This document shows positions 49,080 to 58,591 of a stretch of 64,000 bases of DNA, piece by piece. The notes beneath the pieces were generated by a model. That model was given only the letters and a program-made list of their open reading frames with translations. It was not told the DNA's origin and did no database searches. The translations under genes were made by a program, and so were the position numbers. Origin of the DNA: Candidatus Parcubacteria bacterium (GTDB lineage: Bacteria > Patescibacteriota > Minisyncoccia > UBA6257 > HR35); the NCBI GenBank assembly GCA_025999335.1, contig AP024681.1:523547-587546 (forward strand), given 5' to 3'. Every line of letters starts with the position of its first letter. Within the stretch, counting starts at the first letter, position 1.

Positions 49080-49986
49080 TAAAAGATTAAAAATTATTGC
49101 CGGACCTTGTTCTGTAAATAAAAACAATATTAAAGATATTTATGAAATTGCTGATTTGAAAATAAATAATCAAAAAGTTATTTGGGGATTAAGGGTTGTT
49201 GGTTTGAAATCAAGAACTAATTTTGTTAAAGATGGCAAAGGGATGGGCATTGATTTTAAAGATTATATTAATAACTTGCGACAAATAATTAAAAGTAAAA
49301 ATTTTAAAAATTTAAAGATTTTCAAAAGTATTAAGTTAGCCCAAAAAATTTATCAAGAGACAAAAATGTTGGTTGCCACAGAGGTAATGGATCCTTTAAT
49401 TCAGCCTTATTTATATGAAAAAATAATACCTGCTTATAAATTATTACTTTGGAATCCTGCTGTTAATCAACTTGGCTGGCCTATTTTTCTGATGAGTCAA
49501 TATATTAAAAAGAATAAATGGTATTTAGGCCTGAAAAATCCAAAATGGGTTGGTGATTATTTGAAAAATGTTGATAATCTAAACTATTCAGAACGAACAA
49601 CGATGGAAAGAACTTGGGAGGGTTTGGTAAGTTATGCTAATTTAGCAAAAGAAAGAATTATTTTAATTCATCGTGGTGTTGATGTGCCTGAAAAGAAAAA
49701 TTATCGTAATGCTCCTGTTCATTATTTAGCCTGGAGAGTAAAAAAACATACGGGATGTTTATTATTTTTTGACCCATCACATTCTCATGGGCCTCGAATG
49801 AGAGAAAAAATATTGCCAGCAACAATTAAGGCAATGAAAATTATGATTGATAATCAATATCTTTATGATGGCATTTTAATTGAAGTAGGTCATTCAGAAA
49901 CTGATACCGAACAACATATAAGTTTAGAAGAATTTAAAAATTTATGTCAAGAATTATCAAAATTTAGGGAGCTTGAATCACAATGA
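49072..49986 (+). CDS. Divergent DAHP/KDO8P synthase class I family protein
   Basis: IIAGPCSV, KSRT, TEVMD, HRG, DPSHSHG, DGILIEV and D..Q motifs. Confidence 0.75.
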   Translation: MINKRLKIIAGPCSVNKNNIKDIYEIADLKINNQKVIWGLRVVGLKSRTNFVKDGKGMGIDFKDYINNLRQIIKSKNFKNLKIFKSIKLAQKIYQETKMLVATEVMDPLIQPYLYEKIIPAYKLLLWNPAVNQLGWPIFLMSQYIKKNKWYLGLKNPKWVGDYLKNVDNLNYSERTTMERTWEGLVSYANLAKERIILIHRGVDVPEKKNYRNAPVHYLAWRVKKHTGCLLFFDPSHSHGPRMREKILPATIKAMKIMIDNQYLYDGILIEVGHSETDTEQHISLEEFKNLCQELSKFRELESQ

Positions 49987-50738
49987 TTTATGTTATTTCT
50001 TTAGGAGGTAGTATTTTAGTTCCTGAAGAAATAAATATTGGTTTTTTAAGAAAATTTAAAAATTTAATTTTAAAAGAAATTAATAAAAACAAAAAATTTA
50101 TTATTATTGTTGGTGGAGGTAAAACAGCAAGAAAATATCAAGAAGTAGCCAAAAAACTAACCAAAATTTCAAATGAACATTTTTATGATCCTTTCAAAAA
50201 TGCTATGGTATGTTATACAGGATTATTGAAAAAAGAATCAGTTAAAATTTTTAATGAAGATCTTGATTGGTTGGGAATTCATGCAACAAGAATCAATGCT
50301 CATCTTCTTTTGACTATTTTTAGAAAATATGCTTATTACAGAATTATCAAAAACCCAAAAGAAAAAGTTAACTTCAAAGAAAAAATTTTAATTGCTGCTG
50401 GTTGGAAACCTGGTTTTTCAACTGATTATGATGCTGTTTTATTAGCCAAAACTTATAAATCAGATACTGTAATAAACCTAACTAATGTTGACTATGTCTA
50501 TGATAAAGATCCAAACAAATTTAAGAATGCCCAACCTTTAAAAGAAATAAACTGGAAAGATTACTTAAAATTAATTGAAAATAAATGGATTCCTGGTATG
50601 TCAGCGCCTTTTGACCCAATCGCTTCAAAAATCGCTCAAAAATTTGGAATAAAATGTATCATTATTAATGGTAATAAATTAAATGAATTTCAAAGATTTT
50701 TAGAAGGCAGAAAATTTAGAGGAACAGTAATTAAGTAG
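49983..50738 (+). CDS. pyrH: UMP kinase (archaeal type) with a 27-aa insertion
   Basis: SLGGS, VGGGKTARKYQ, D.LGI.ATR.NA, PG.STD, TNVD.VY.KDP and PFDP motifs. Confidence 0.93.
   Translation: MIYVISLGGSILVPEEINIGFLRKFKNLILKEINKNKKFIIIVGGGKTARKYQEVAKKLTKISNEHFYDPFKNAMVCYTGLLKKESVKIFNEDLDWLGIHATRINAHLLLTIFRKYAYYRIIKNPKEKVNFKEKILIAAGWKPGFSTDYDAVLLAKTYKSDTVINLTNVDYVYDKDPNKFKNAQPLKEINWKDYLKLIENKWIPGMSAPFDPIASKIAQKFGIKCIIINGNKLNEFQRFLEGRKFRGTVIK
50163..50258 (+). repeat. 81-bp in-frame insertion bounded by a 15-bp imperfect direct repeat
   Basis: AAAATTTCAAATGAA ... AAAATTTTTAATGAA (KISNE...KIFNE). Confidence 0.75.
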
Positions 50739-50754
50739 TACTTCCTTCTTAGAT

Positions 50755-50800
50755 TTATCCACATTTTCAATTTGACATTAATAAAAAAATATATTATAAT
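50755..50800 (+). promoter_or_regulatory. DnaA box plus consensus sigma70 promoter; likely leaderless transcript
   Basis: TTATCCACA at 50755; TTGACA-17 bp-TATAAT at 50772-50800; ATG follows after 7 nt. Confidence 0.8.
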
Positions 50801-50807
50801 TTGAGTA

Positions 50808-52025
50808 ATGGTAATAGAAAGTTTTAAAGGACAACACCAGCAAAAAAAGATAGAGGAATATAAGAAAACTGCTGAAGCAACCCCTTCAACTGTTGAGGAA
50901 ATTTTAAAAGATAAATCAAGCGCAGAGTTATTTTTGAAAATTTTAAGCAGATATGAAATTGGTAAAGATGGGCAGATGACAGCAAGAGAAACCGGTGATA
51001 ATCCTTTGGCCCAAAAAATTCTTAAAGGAGAAACATTGGAAGAAAATGAGCTTAATCAATTAATAGAATATCAAAAAAAAATTAAAGAAATAACAGACAG
51101 CAGTAAAGAAACATTTGACTTAATAAAAAAAGAAGGAGGAGTTGAATATTTAGCATCTTTGTCTCCAGAATTTAGTAAGATTATTCAACTGGTAGGACCT
51201 GCCAAAGCTTCTCAATTATTAGAAAATTATTTAGCTTCAGTTTTAGTAGAACAACCTGAAAAATCTGAAAATCTAGCTCAACAAATAAAAAATGTTAATG
51301 AGAAGAGACAAGAATTAAAAGAACTTGATCAAGAAATTACTAAGTTAGCAAAGCAATATGGAATTCCAGAAGAAGAGATAAAAAAATTTTATGAATTAGC
51401 TCCTATTAATTACACTGAAGCTTGGCGATATCTTAAACAGGTAGTTGATAAGCATAGATCTTGGTTTGACAAGATTCTTTTATGGCGAAAAAACGAAATT
51501 ATTGAAGAGAGAATGATAAAATTAAACAAAGTTAATGACATAAAAAAATTATTAGAAGGTACAGTAAGATTCAACACAGAGAGTCGTAAGCTTGAAAAAA
51601 TTAACGGTATTAATCAATATATAGAAGAAATAGGTAAGATAATTGGAAGCGCTTTTTTAGAAACAAATGAGGGACGGGAATTATTAATCAAAGCCGTAGG
51701 AGGAAAAGAAATTCCAACGGAGAAAAGCAAAGAAGCATTGGAGATAAGTTTTCAAGAAGCTGGTAAAGAGTATCAAAACTTAACGAATAAAGAATATTTA
51801 GAAGAAGAATGGTATAAATTTTTAAAACAGGCGAGAAAAGGATGGGAGAGTATGACTTATGAACAAGTAAAAAATGAGTTTGACAAAATAGAGAACCAAC
51901 AAGAAAAAGAAAATTTAAAAAGCCAATTTAAAGAATCTCTTAAAAAGAAAAGAAAAGGGTCATTATTTAATTTCTTATGGAGCTTATTGGAGAACAAGAT
52001 TAACACAATTTTATGGAACCAATAA
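50808..52025 (+). CDS. Hypothetical coiled-coil protein
   Basis: 405-aa E/K-rich ORF behind a consensus promoter. Confidence 0.75.
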   Translation: MVIESFKGQHQQKKIEEYKKTAEATPSTVEEILKDKSSAELFLKILSRYEIGKDGQMTARETGDNPLAQKILKGETLEENELNQLIEYQKKIKEITDSSKETFDLIKKEGGVEYLASLSPEFSKIIQLVGPAKASQLLENYLASVLVEQPEKSENLAQQIKNVNEKRQELKELDQEITKLAKQYGIPEEEIKKFYELAPINYTEAWRYLKQVVDKHRSWFDKILLWRKNEIIEERMIKLNKVNDIKKLLEGTVRFNTESRKLEKINGINQYIEEIGKIIGSAFLETNEGRELLIKAVGGKEIPTEKSKEALEISFQEAGKEYQNLTNKEYLEEEWYKFLKQARKGWESMTYEQVKNEFDKIENQQEKENLKSQFKESLKKKRKGSLFNFLWSLLENKINTILWNQ

Positions 52026-52300
52026 CCGAAGAATTTATAAAAATATTGACAACAGAGAGTGAAGAGAATATAAGAAATTGGATAGTTAATAATTTTGATA
52101 AATTGCCAGAAGATTTGCAAACAGCTATCTTAGGAACATTTTTTGAAGAGGCATTAAATACTGCCTCTCAAGATTTATCTGAAAGAACTGATTACTTTCA
52201 GCAGATTTTGGATACCCATCAAAATTTAATTTCTCTAAAGAAAAGATTAGAAGATAAAATAAGAGAATTACAGATAAAAGAAGAAATAGATAAACTGTAG
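52013..52300 (+). CDS. Hypothetical protein
   Basis: 95 aa; overlaps the upstream gene in an operon-like way. Confidence 0.65.
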   Translation: MEPITEEFIKILTTESEENIRNWIVNNFDKLPEDLQTAILGTFFEEALNTASQDLSERTDYFQQILDTHQNLISLKKRLEDKIRELQIKEEIDKL

Positions 52301-52521
52301 TTGGTATTCATTTATTTTTACAATTTCAAATTGATAATTTTTATTTTCACTTAAAATTTTCTCTTTCAGTTCCTTTGATGATTCTTTCAAAAACGCTATA
52401 GCGTATTATAGAGGATTATTAACAGAGAAACGATTATTAAATAAAAATTTTTATCTGAAAGTTTTTTGGTATAATAATTTATATAGACAAAGAAAGCACT
52501 CTAAAATTTTTTTTTAAACAC

Positions 52522-52818
52522 TCCGGGGTAGTTCAGTGGTAGAACGCGCGGCTGTACTTAGTGCAGCTTCCATCCGTAAGGATGGATGAAAAACAGGGTG
52601 AAAACGGTGAAGCCCTCTAAAGGGTAATACCGTGCCAGCCTAAGCTGAAAAGCTTTGGAAGGTGTAGAGACTATTCCTTAATGGAAGTAGGCTTAGTAAT
52701 TTTACTAAGTCGAAGCACCCCGCCCCAGTAAAACTGGGTGAAGATATAGTCCACTCCTTAAGGAAACTTAAGGGAAAGTGTAACCGCGATGTCGCAGGTT
52801 CGAATCCTGCCCCCGGAG
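52522..52818 (+). tRNA. tRNA-Asn(GTT) with a group I intron (exons 52522-52555 and 52781-52818)
   Basis: Joining the exons gives a full cloverleaf with loop CTGT|TAA; differs from the 32052 copy by one compensatory T-stem pair. Confidence 0.93.
52556..52780 (+). ncRNA. Group I intron, 225 nt, no ORF
   Basis: P1 GCTGT/GCAGC with U-G at the 5' splice site; P3 GGGTG/CACCC; R GTAGAGACTA and S AAGATATAGTCC (P7); P9 GAAA loop; terminal G. Confidence 0.93.
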
Positions 52819-52859
52819 CACAGAAGAATAATTTTCATCCTCTTTTTCAAAAATTTTAA

Positions 52860-53777
52860 TTAATAAGGTTTTAAAAATTTTTCGCTTAGCCATTTTAAAA
52901 GTTCTTTTAAATATGGTAGAAATTGTGTAATAGTATCAACGACTGGGGCGAAGATATTTATTTTCTCAATAATAAGATTATTTAAACGATTAGTCCTATT
53001 AAGCTCTCTAATTAGATAGTTGTTTAATCTTGGAAGCCACTCTTCTTTATAAAGTTCTATAGTTTCGGGTTTTCCTTCTACATAAGATAAAGCTACTTTT
53101 TCTGGATTTAAGATCGAGCCATCAAGTATTTTTTTAATTCTTTCTTCTTTCATAACATAAATAATCCAAGAGTCTCCGTATAATTTTTTCAGCTCTTCAT
53201 CGCTGTAGCCACCTTTTATGATTTGAGAAGTTTCATAGAGTTGAGACCAGAAAGTAAATTCATGATTAAGTTTTGCTGCTCGCAACCTTTCTTTAGCATT
53301 CGTATATTCTTTAAAATACGGAAAGCTGATTAGATTTTCAATGTTCTTTCTAATCGGCGAATCGCTAGGAATTTTAGCCAATACATGATTGGCGATTTCT
53401 AAAACTATTAATTCATACCGCTTCTCTATTATATCCACCGGAGCCTTCTCTAATTTTTGAAAATCTTTAATGTAAATTTCAACTAATTCGTCATTAACAC
53501 CATATTGATTCAAAAGTTCCAATAATTTATATTTATCCAGTTTGTTTTTAGTTTCATCATTCGCTTTTTTCTCGTGTTTCTTTAACTCGGCTATTAATTT
53601 TTTTTCTTCAGTTTTCCAACCTTTTTCTAATCTTCTGATAATGTTTGCCAATCCAGGTGTGTTTAGTATGAAATTAATATAACTTGGCAATATATTTAAA
53701 AATGTTCTAGCATCTCCGTCTTTTAATTCATAATAATATCTTTCTAAAGTTTCTTTAATTGAATTTTTATAATTCAT
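52860..53777 (-). CDS. Hypothetical protein
   Basis: 305-aa helical ORF convergent on the tRNA. Confidence 0.7.
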   Translation of the reverse strand: MNYKNSIKETLERYYYELKDGDARTFLNILPSYINFILNTPGLANIIRRLEKGWKTEEKKLIAELKKHEKKANDETKNKLDKYKLLELLNQYGVNDELVEIYIKDFQKLEKAPVDIIEKRYELIVLEIANHVLAKIPSDSPIRKNIENLISFPYFKEYTNAKERLRAAKLNHEFTFWSQLYETSQIIKGGYSDEELKKLYGDSWIIYVMKEERIKKILDGSILNPEKVALSYVEGKPETIELYKEEWLPRLNNYLIRELNRTNRLNNLIIEKINIFAPVVDTITQFLPYLKELLKWLSEKFLKPY

Positions 53778-54178
53778 TTTTTAATTCTCATAATCTCAAT
53801 ATATTTTAGCAAAATTCAAAATCGTTCTATACAGCAACAACAATTTTTCCTTTGAAGTTTCGTTTAGATCGGGAACGTTCTTTACTACAATTTTCTTTTT
53901 TGACATCCTCAATGCTTTTAATTACGACGACCAAACCAAAAAATCTTCAATTTTCTTTTCTGATTCAATCTCAAAATCTTTTTAAGCTTAGAACCAGTTA
54001 CAAGCTCTGTATCAAAGTAACTTTTTAAACAGAAAATCAGTTAAAAATCTTTTAAATCGTTAATTTTTTCATCTTTGTTGAGCCCCATTATACTAAATTT
54101 CCGCAACTTGTCAAGATCTTTAAAGATATTGAATTTTTGGTAAAATTTAATCATAATTAATTTTAAAGACCTAAGATA

Positions 54179-54874
54179 ATGGAAAAAGAAAATTTTATTA
54201 GTTTTATTAGAGAAAATTGGCTTAGGTTACTTATTAGTATCCTGTTATTTGTTGCAGTTTCAGGAATTATAGCTGGATTTTTTATGAGGATGTCCCAAAA
54301 TAAACAATTTGAAGAATTAAAAAACGAAATGAATCAATCATTTGTAGAATTATTTCAGGCATCACAAGAGGCAAAATTTTGTTTGCAGTCAGAATTTTTA
54401 GAAGATAAAAAATTAATTGAAGAGTGCTATACGAGTTTAAAAAATTACAAAGAAAAATTTAATGAAGTTCAGTTGCTTTTAGGTAAAATAACAGATTACT
54501 TTAAAAAATACCAAAAGAGCATTTCCGATGAAAGAGATAAAAAATTTATTGGAGATTTTATTCGTTTTTTTGAATCAAATTATTATAAAGATATGCGAGA
54601 TGGAATATTAATTTATGCTGGAGTTCTAATTAATTTTTTTGATTATTTAAGAACCAAAGATTTAGATAATCTTACAAACCCTGAGAAAGCAGAATTACGA
54701 GAACTTATTGATGATGTGGCGAACACTGAGAATTCTTTAATTATTAAAGCTAAAAGATTGAAAAATTTTCTTTATGAAAACTTCGATGAAGAATTTATAA
54801 ATTACGCTAAAAAATATATGCCACAAATACTTAGCATAGAAGATACATTAGAAACAGAAAAGCGAGATAATTAA
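54179..54874 (+). CDS. Membrane-anchored hypothetical protein
   Basis: N-terminal TM helix. Confidence 0.7.
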   Translation: MEKENFISFIRENWLRLLISILLFVAVSGIIAGFFMRMSQNKQFEELKNEMNQSFVELFQASQEAKFCLQSEFLEDKKLIEECYTSLKNYKEKFNEVQLLLGKITDYFKKYQKSISDERDKKFIGDFIRFFESNYYKDMRDGILIYAGVLINFFDYLRTKDLDNLTNPEKAELRELIDDVANTENSLIIKAKRLKNFLYENFDEEFINYAKKYMPQILSIEDTLETEKRDN

Positions 54875-54939
54875 ATCTAGAAAAATATTAGGTAGGGGGC
54901 AAATAACGCAGAAATTCGATTTTACTATAACATTTCCAA

Positions 54940-56073
54940 ATGCAACGCGAAGATGAAATCAATAATAAAAATTTATACAATGAAAATCAAGATTTAAATT
55001 TTAAAGAATTCTTAGCTTATTTAATAGATTGTTTAATCTTAGCTATTATTTTCTTGTTTGTTTTGTTTGAGTTTATTTATACTGTTATCCCTGATCATCC
55101 ACAGCGGATCAGCAAAATAGATTTAAAAGAAATTTACCGCGAGCAACAAGAGCAGCTAGACAGACAAATATTTTTTAGCAATACACAAGAATATGAATAT
55201 GATAAACAATCCAACCAAGATTTAGTTCAACTTAAACAAGAACTTGAAAAAATTAAAAAAACGCTTATAGAAACCAAAAAAATAGTTGAGAAAGATAAAG
55301 AAAAAAGAATAGAAATAGAATTACAAAAAAATTATCTTTTAAGTATATCAAAAGATATAAATCAAAAACCAGTAGACGAGACAAATCAAGATTATACAAC
55401 AGAATATCTTATAGAAAAGGCAAAAATTTTCATAGTGAAAGTAGATTGTTTTGATAAACATGGAAACATAGTAGAGGGTTCGGGCATTTTGTATGGTTTG
55501 AATTCTAATAATCAAAGTATAGTTCTGACAAATAATCACATCACAAGGGATGCAGATTTTTGTATTATATCTTATTCTACCGATCCAACAAGAGGCTTAA
55601 TTGATTTTTATATTGCATATTCCGTTTATTACCCATCTGTTATACCTTTAAATATAATGGAACTAATAGATTTTGATTTTCTAAGAATAGAAGCAAAGTT
55701 TAGATTTAACGATGAAGGTAAAATAGAAATAATTCCCGATGCCTCTTTAAAAATCATTAACCATTCACCAACGGTTTGCAGAAGTGATCAAATAAAACTG
55801 GGAGATGGAATAATTGTATTTGGTTATCCTGGGGCTGGGGGGACTTATCTTACTGTCACCGAAGGAATAATTAGTGGTTACGATGGAGATTTTTATCTTG
55901 TTACTTCTGCTAAAATCGATAAAGGAAATTCTGGTGGCGGAGCATTTAGTAAAACGCGTCTTTGTTTAGTCGGGATGCCCACTTTTGCCATAAGAGGAAG
56001 AATGGAAAGCTTTGGTAGGTTAATAAATATGGCTTATATTGAACAAAATTTTCTTTCAAAGATATTTCAATAA
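54940..56073 (+). CDS. Membrane-anchored trypsin-like serine protease
   Basis: GSG, LTNNH, GYP, T.GIISG and GNSGG motifs. Confidence 0.88.
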   Translation: MQREDEINNKNLYNENQDLNFKEFLAYLIDCLILAIIFLFVLFEFIYTVIPDHPQRISKIDLKEIYREQQEQLDRQIFFSNTQEYEYDKQSNQDLVQLKQELEKIKKTLIETKKIVEKDKEKRIEIELQKNYLLSISKDINQKPVDETNQDYTTEYLIEKAKIFIVKVDCFDKHGNIVEGSGILYGLNSNNQSIVLTNNHITRDADFCIISYSTDPTRGLIDFYIAYSVYYPSVIPLNIMELIDFDFLRIEAKFRFNDEGKIEIIPDASLKIINHSPTVCRSDQIKLGDGIIVFGYPGAGGTYLTVTEGIISGYDGDFYLVTSAKIDKGNSGGGAFSKTRLCLVGMPTFAIRGRMESFGRLINMAYIEQNFLSKIFQ

Positions 56074-56193
56074 GTAAATTCAATTTTTTTTAATAAGTAC
56101 TTTTACTTTTTAGACTTTTTATTTTTGAAGTTACTAAAGAGATGAAAAAAATTAAAGAACAACAAAGGTCGGAATTATTAACAACAAAATAAG

Positions 56194-56466
56194 ATGAACA
56201 AAGATAAAACGATAATTTGGTCAATAGTTATTTTGATTGTTTATTTAATTTTGGTATCTGCTTTTGTTGTTTATTGGCAATTGGTAAGACCAGCAATGAT
56301 TGTTAAAAAATGTTGGGGAGATGCCGAAAAAGTAATGGAAGAAATAAAAGGAGAAGAAAACTCAAGCGAAAGGATTAGGTTGATTTGGGATGTTCGTTTT
56401 AAAAGATTTTGTTTAGCTAAACAGGGGTTGTTACAATCAATTTTCACTGGAGATTTAAGCGAATAA
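56194..56466 (+). CDS. Small membrane protein
   Basis: TM helix plus two Cys. Confidence 0.65.
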   Translation: MNKDKTIIWSIVILIVYLILVSAFVVYWQLVRPAMIVKKCWGDAEKVMEEIKGEENSSERIRLIWDVRFKRFCLAKQGLLQSIFTGDLSE

Positions 56467-56593
56467 TTACCAATGAAATTTGTTTTATTTACTTATAGCG
56501 GAGAAGGACTTCCAATTGCTTATAAAATGCCGGTTTAATTATATTTCAAATAATTTTTTAAAAGTTGATTAATTTTAGATTTTCGAATAAAAT

Positions 56594-56854
56594 TTGAATA
56601 AGATTAATATTAACCTGCCAAAAATGAAAAAGATATTTACCGTCGGTTTAATAGTCCTATTATTAAACTTTCTCTTTTTTAATTTTGCCGAAGCTTATGT
56701 TAGAGTAAGAGGTTATTCTAGGAAAGATGGAACTTATGTAATGCCTCATTATAGAACTTATCCCAATAGATATAAATGGGATAACTGGTCAAGCAGGGAT
56801 AATTATAATCCATTTACTGGTAAAAAAGGATATAAAAGATTGTATTCATGGTAA
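56594..56854 (+). CDS. Small secreted protein of the VRGY.RKDGTYV.PHYRT family
   Basis: Signal peptide; DNWS..N.NP.TGK.G motif; real start probably MKKIF. Confidence 0.8.
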   Translation: MNKININLPKMKKIFTVGLIVLLLNFLFFNFAEAYVRVRGYSRKDGTYVMPHYRTYPNRYKWDNWSSRDNYNPFTGKKGYKRLYSW

Positions 56855-57804
56855 AACACGAAGAAGCAAAAGAAGTAAAATCTAAAATTATGAGAACAGT
56901 GTTTAATAAATTTATCGTGTTGATAGTTGTATCAAGTTTTATTTTCAGTATAAATATTGGTTACGCTCATCCAGGTAGAACTGATAAATATGGTTGCTAC
57001 GTATGTAGAACCAATTGTTCACGATGGGGGTTGCAATACGGTGAATACCATTGCCATAATAAGAAATTAATGGGTGGTAATAAGAAAAAATCCTCAGAGT
57101 TGAACAAGGAAAATAGCGTAGACAAAGATAAACTTACTAAGCTCTTGCTTGACTTTATAGATTTAAATAAAAGAGTTAGAGATGTCCAAACAAACCTGGA
57201 GAAAGTTAATGCCCAATTAAGTGATATAGAAGAAAAATTTAATTTTTTGAAGAACGAATATAATCTTGAACCGAAAGACGAAGACTCCTTGATAGAGTTA
57301 ATAAATATATTAAAACCTCATATAGAAGAAATGAATAAAAAACTTCCTATAGCTATTGATGTTATAAATAGCTCTTTTAAATTAATATCCGATATTAAGA
57401 CGCAGCAAGAATATTCTGATGTTTTGGGGGTTTATATTACCACTGAAGCTTTTGTAAGTAGTGCCGAAATTCGATTAAAGGATCTCCCTAAAATCCTCAA
57501 TGACCTTACAAAATTGTTAGATATGACCATAAATGCATATGAGCACCGAAAACAATATGAACAATTTCGCCAAGGTGAATACGAAACATTGCAACGATGT
57601 AATAGATTATTATCAGAAATAGATAATCTACGTAGTCAGATAAATAGCATAAGACAAATGGCTTTAGATGAGGCAGCTAAGGCTGGTGGGATTGTGACGC
57701 AATCACAAGTTGAGGAGATTGTTTATAATAGGACTCGAGAAATTTATAATAAAATTCAAGACAAGATTTTAGAAATGAAAATGGCGGGATGCGATGTTTT
57801 TTAA
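56848..57804 (+). CDS. Secreted protein with a YHYH-like N-terminal motif and coiled coil
   Basis: AHPGRTDKYGC..C..NC..WG...GEYHCH. Confidence 0.75.
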   Translation: MVKHEEAKEVKSKIMRTVFNKFIVLIVVSSFIFSINIGYAHPGRTDKYGCYVCRTNCSRWGLQYGEYHCHNKKLMGGNKKKSSELNKENSVDKDKLTKLLLDFIDLNKRVRDVQTNLEKVNAQLSDIEEKFNFLKNEYNLEPKDEDSLIELINILKPHIEEMNKKLPIAIDVINSSFKLISDIKTQQEYSDVLGVYITTEAFVSSAEIRLKDLPKILNDLTKLLDMTINAYEHRKQYEQFRQGEYETLQRCNRLLSEIDNLRSQINSIRQMALDEAAKAGGIVTQSQVEEIVYNRTREIYNKIQDKILEMKMAGCDVF

Positions 57805-57836
57805 ACTCAGTTTGTTTCTATACGTACAATGGATTT

Positions 57837-58190
57837 TTAATCTTCCTCATCCAGCACAATCAAAGGCTTTCTTTCTATCTCTACCTCTTGCTTTTCAGTA
57901 TACCCTTGCTTAGACGAAAGAAGTTTAGCTATAGCAATGTTTACCTTATTCAATAACCCAGCATTGATTAATAACTTAGTTTGTTTAAGGTTCAAAATCT
58001 CAAGCGTGTCGGAAAATTCTTTATATTGTCTTTTCCATTCATAAATCGTATCTCTGTTAACGCCTAATACCAAAGCCAATCCCTCAATTGAGGGAATAAC
58101 ATCGCCGTATTTTTGATGATTCTCAACATAATCTTTTGCTATTTTTACTACATCCTGACTATATTTTGTTGGTCTTCCTCTTTTAGCCAT
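57837..58190 (-). CDS. Phage terminase small subunit / DNA-packaging protein (gp3-like)
   Basis: GRPTKY, PSIEGLA..LGV.RDTIYEW, IAKLL..GY.EK motifs. Confidence 0.85.
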   Translation of the reverse strand: MAKRGRPTKYSQDVVKIAKDYVENHQKYGDVIPSIEGLALVLGVNRDTIYEWKRQYKEFSDTLEILNLKQTKLLINAGLLNKVNIAIAKLLSSKQGYTEKQEVEIERKPLIVLDEED

Positions 58191-58365
58191 GATCGGTTAT
58201 TAATTTTATCACAAACTAATTTAACCAAAATATATAAAGTAGTAGTGGGGGTTGTTGAAAATATATAAAGTTAAGGTGTGGGTATTAATATTTCATCGCC
58301 AATACCTTCATTTTCATTATCTGTGTTATACTATAACTATCCAAGGTTCGCAATGAATTAATATA

Positions 58366-58473
58366 GGCGAGCCACGTGCCAGAGTTTGCTTCACAAACAC
58401 GGTACATTGCCGTGAACCGTACTATGCTCTGGTTCACGGTCGTACCAGAGCGAAGCACGGTTTACAGCTCCGC
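58366..58473. repeat. Cluster of three REP-like hairpins sharing CC-AGAG..(C/T)AC-GGT
   Basis: GC-rich island in AT-rich intergenic DNA; central copy inverted with 9-bp perfect arms CCGTGAACC/GGTTCACGG. Confidence 0.7.
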
Positions 58474-58591
58474 AACAGAGATTAAATTTTTTATCGGTGC
58501 TTTGAGTTTTCGGGTTTTTATTTTGTGAAATTTAATTTGGTAAATTTTTAATTGCCGAGTAGATTATTTTTTAGTAAAATAAAATTGAGAT

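Noticed and set aside
52556-52780. Intron-encoded homing endonuclease
   Set aside because: The intron is only 225 nt and consists entirely of core structure.
32052-52818. The two tRNA-Asn genes as attL/attR of one 20-kb element
   Set aside because: Both are full-length and the interval includes housekeeping-type genes (tgt, pyrH); not supported, though not excluded without related genomes.
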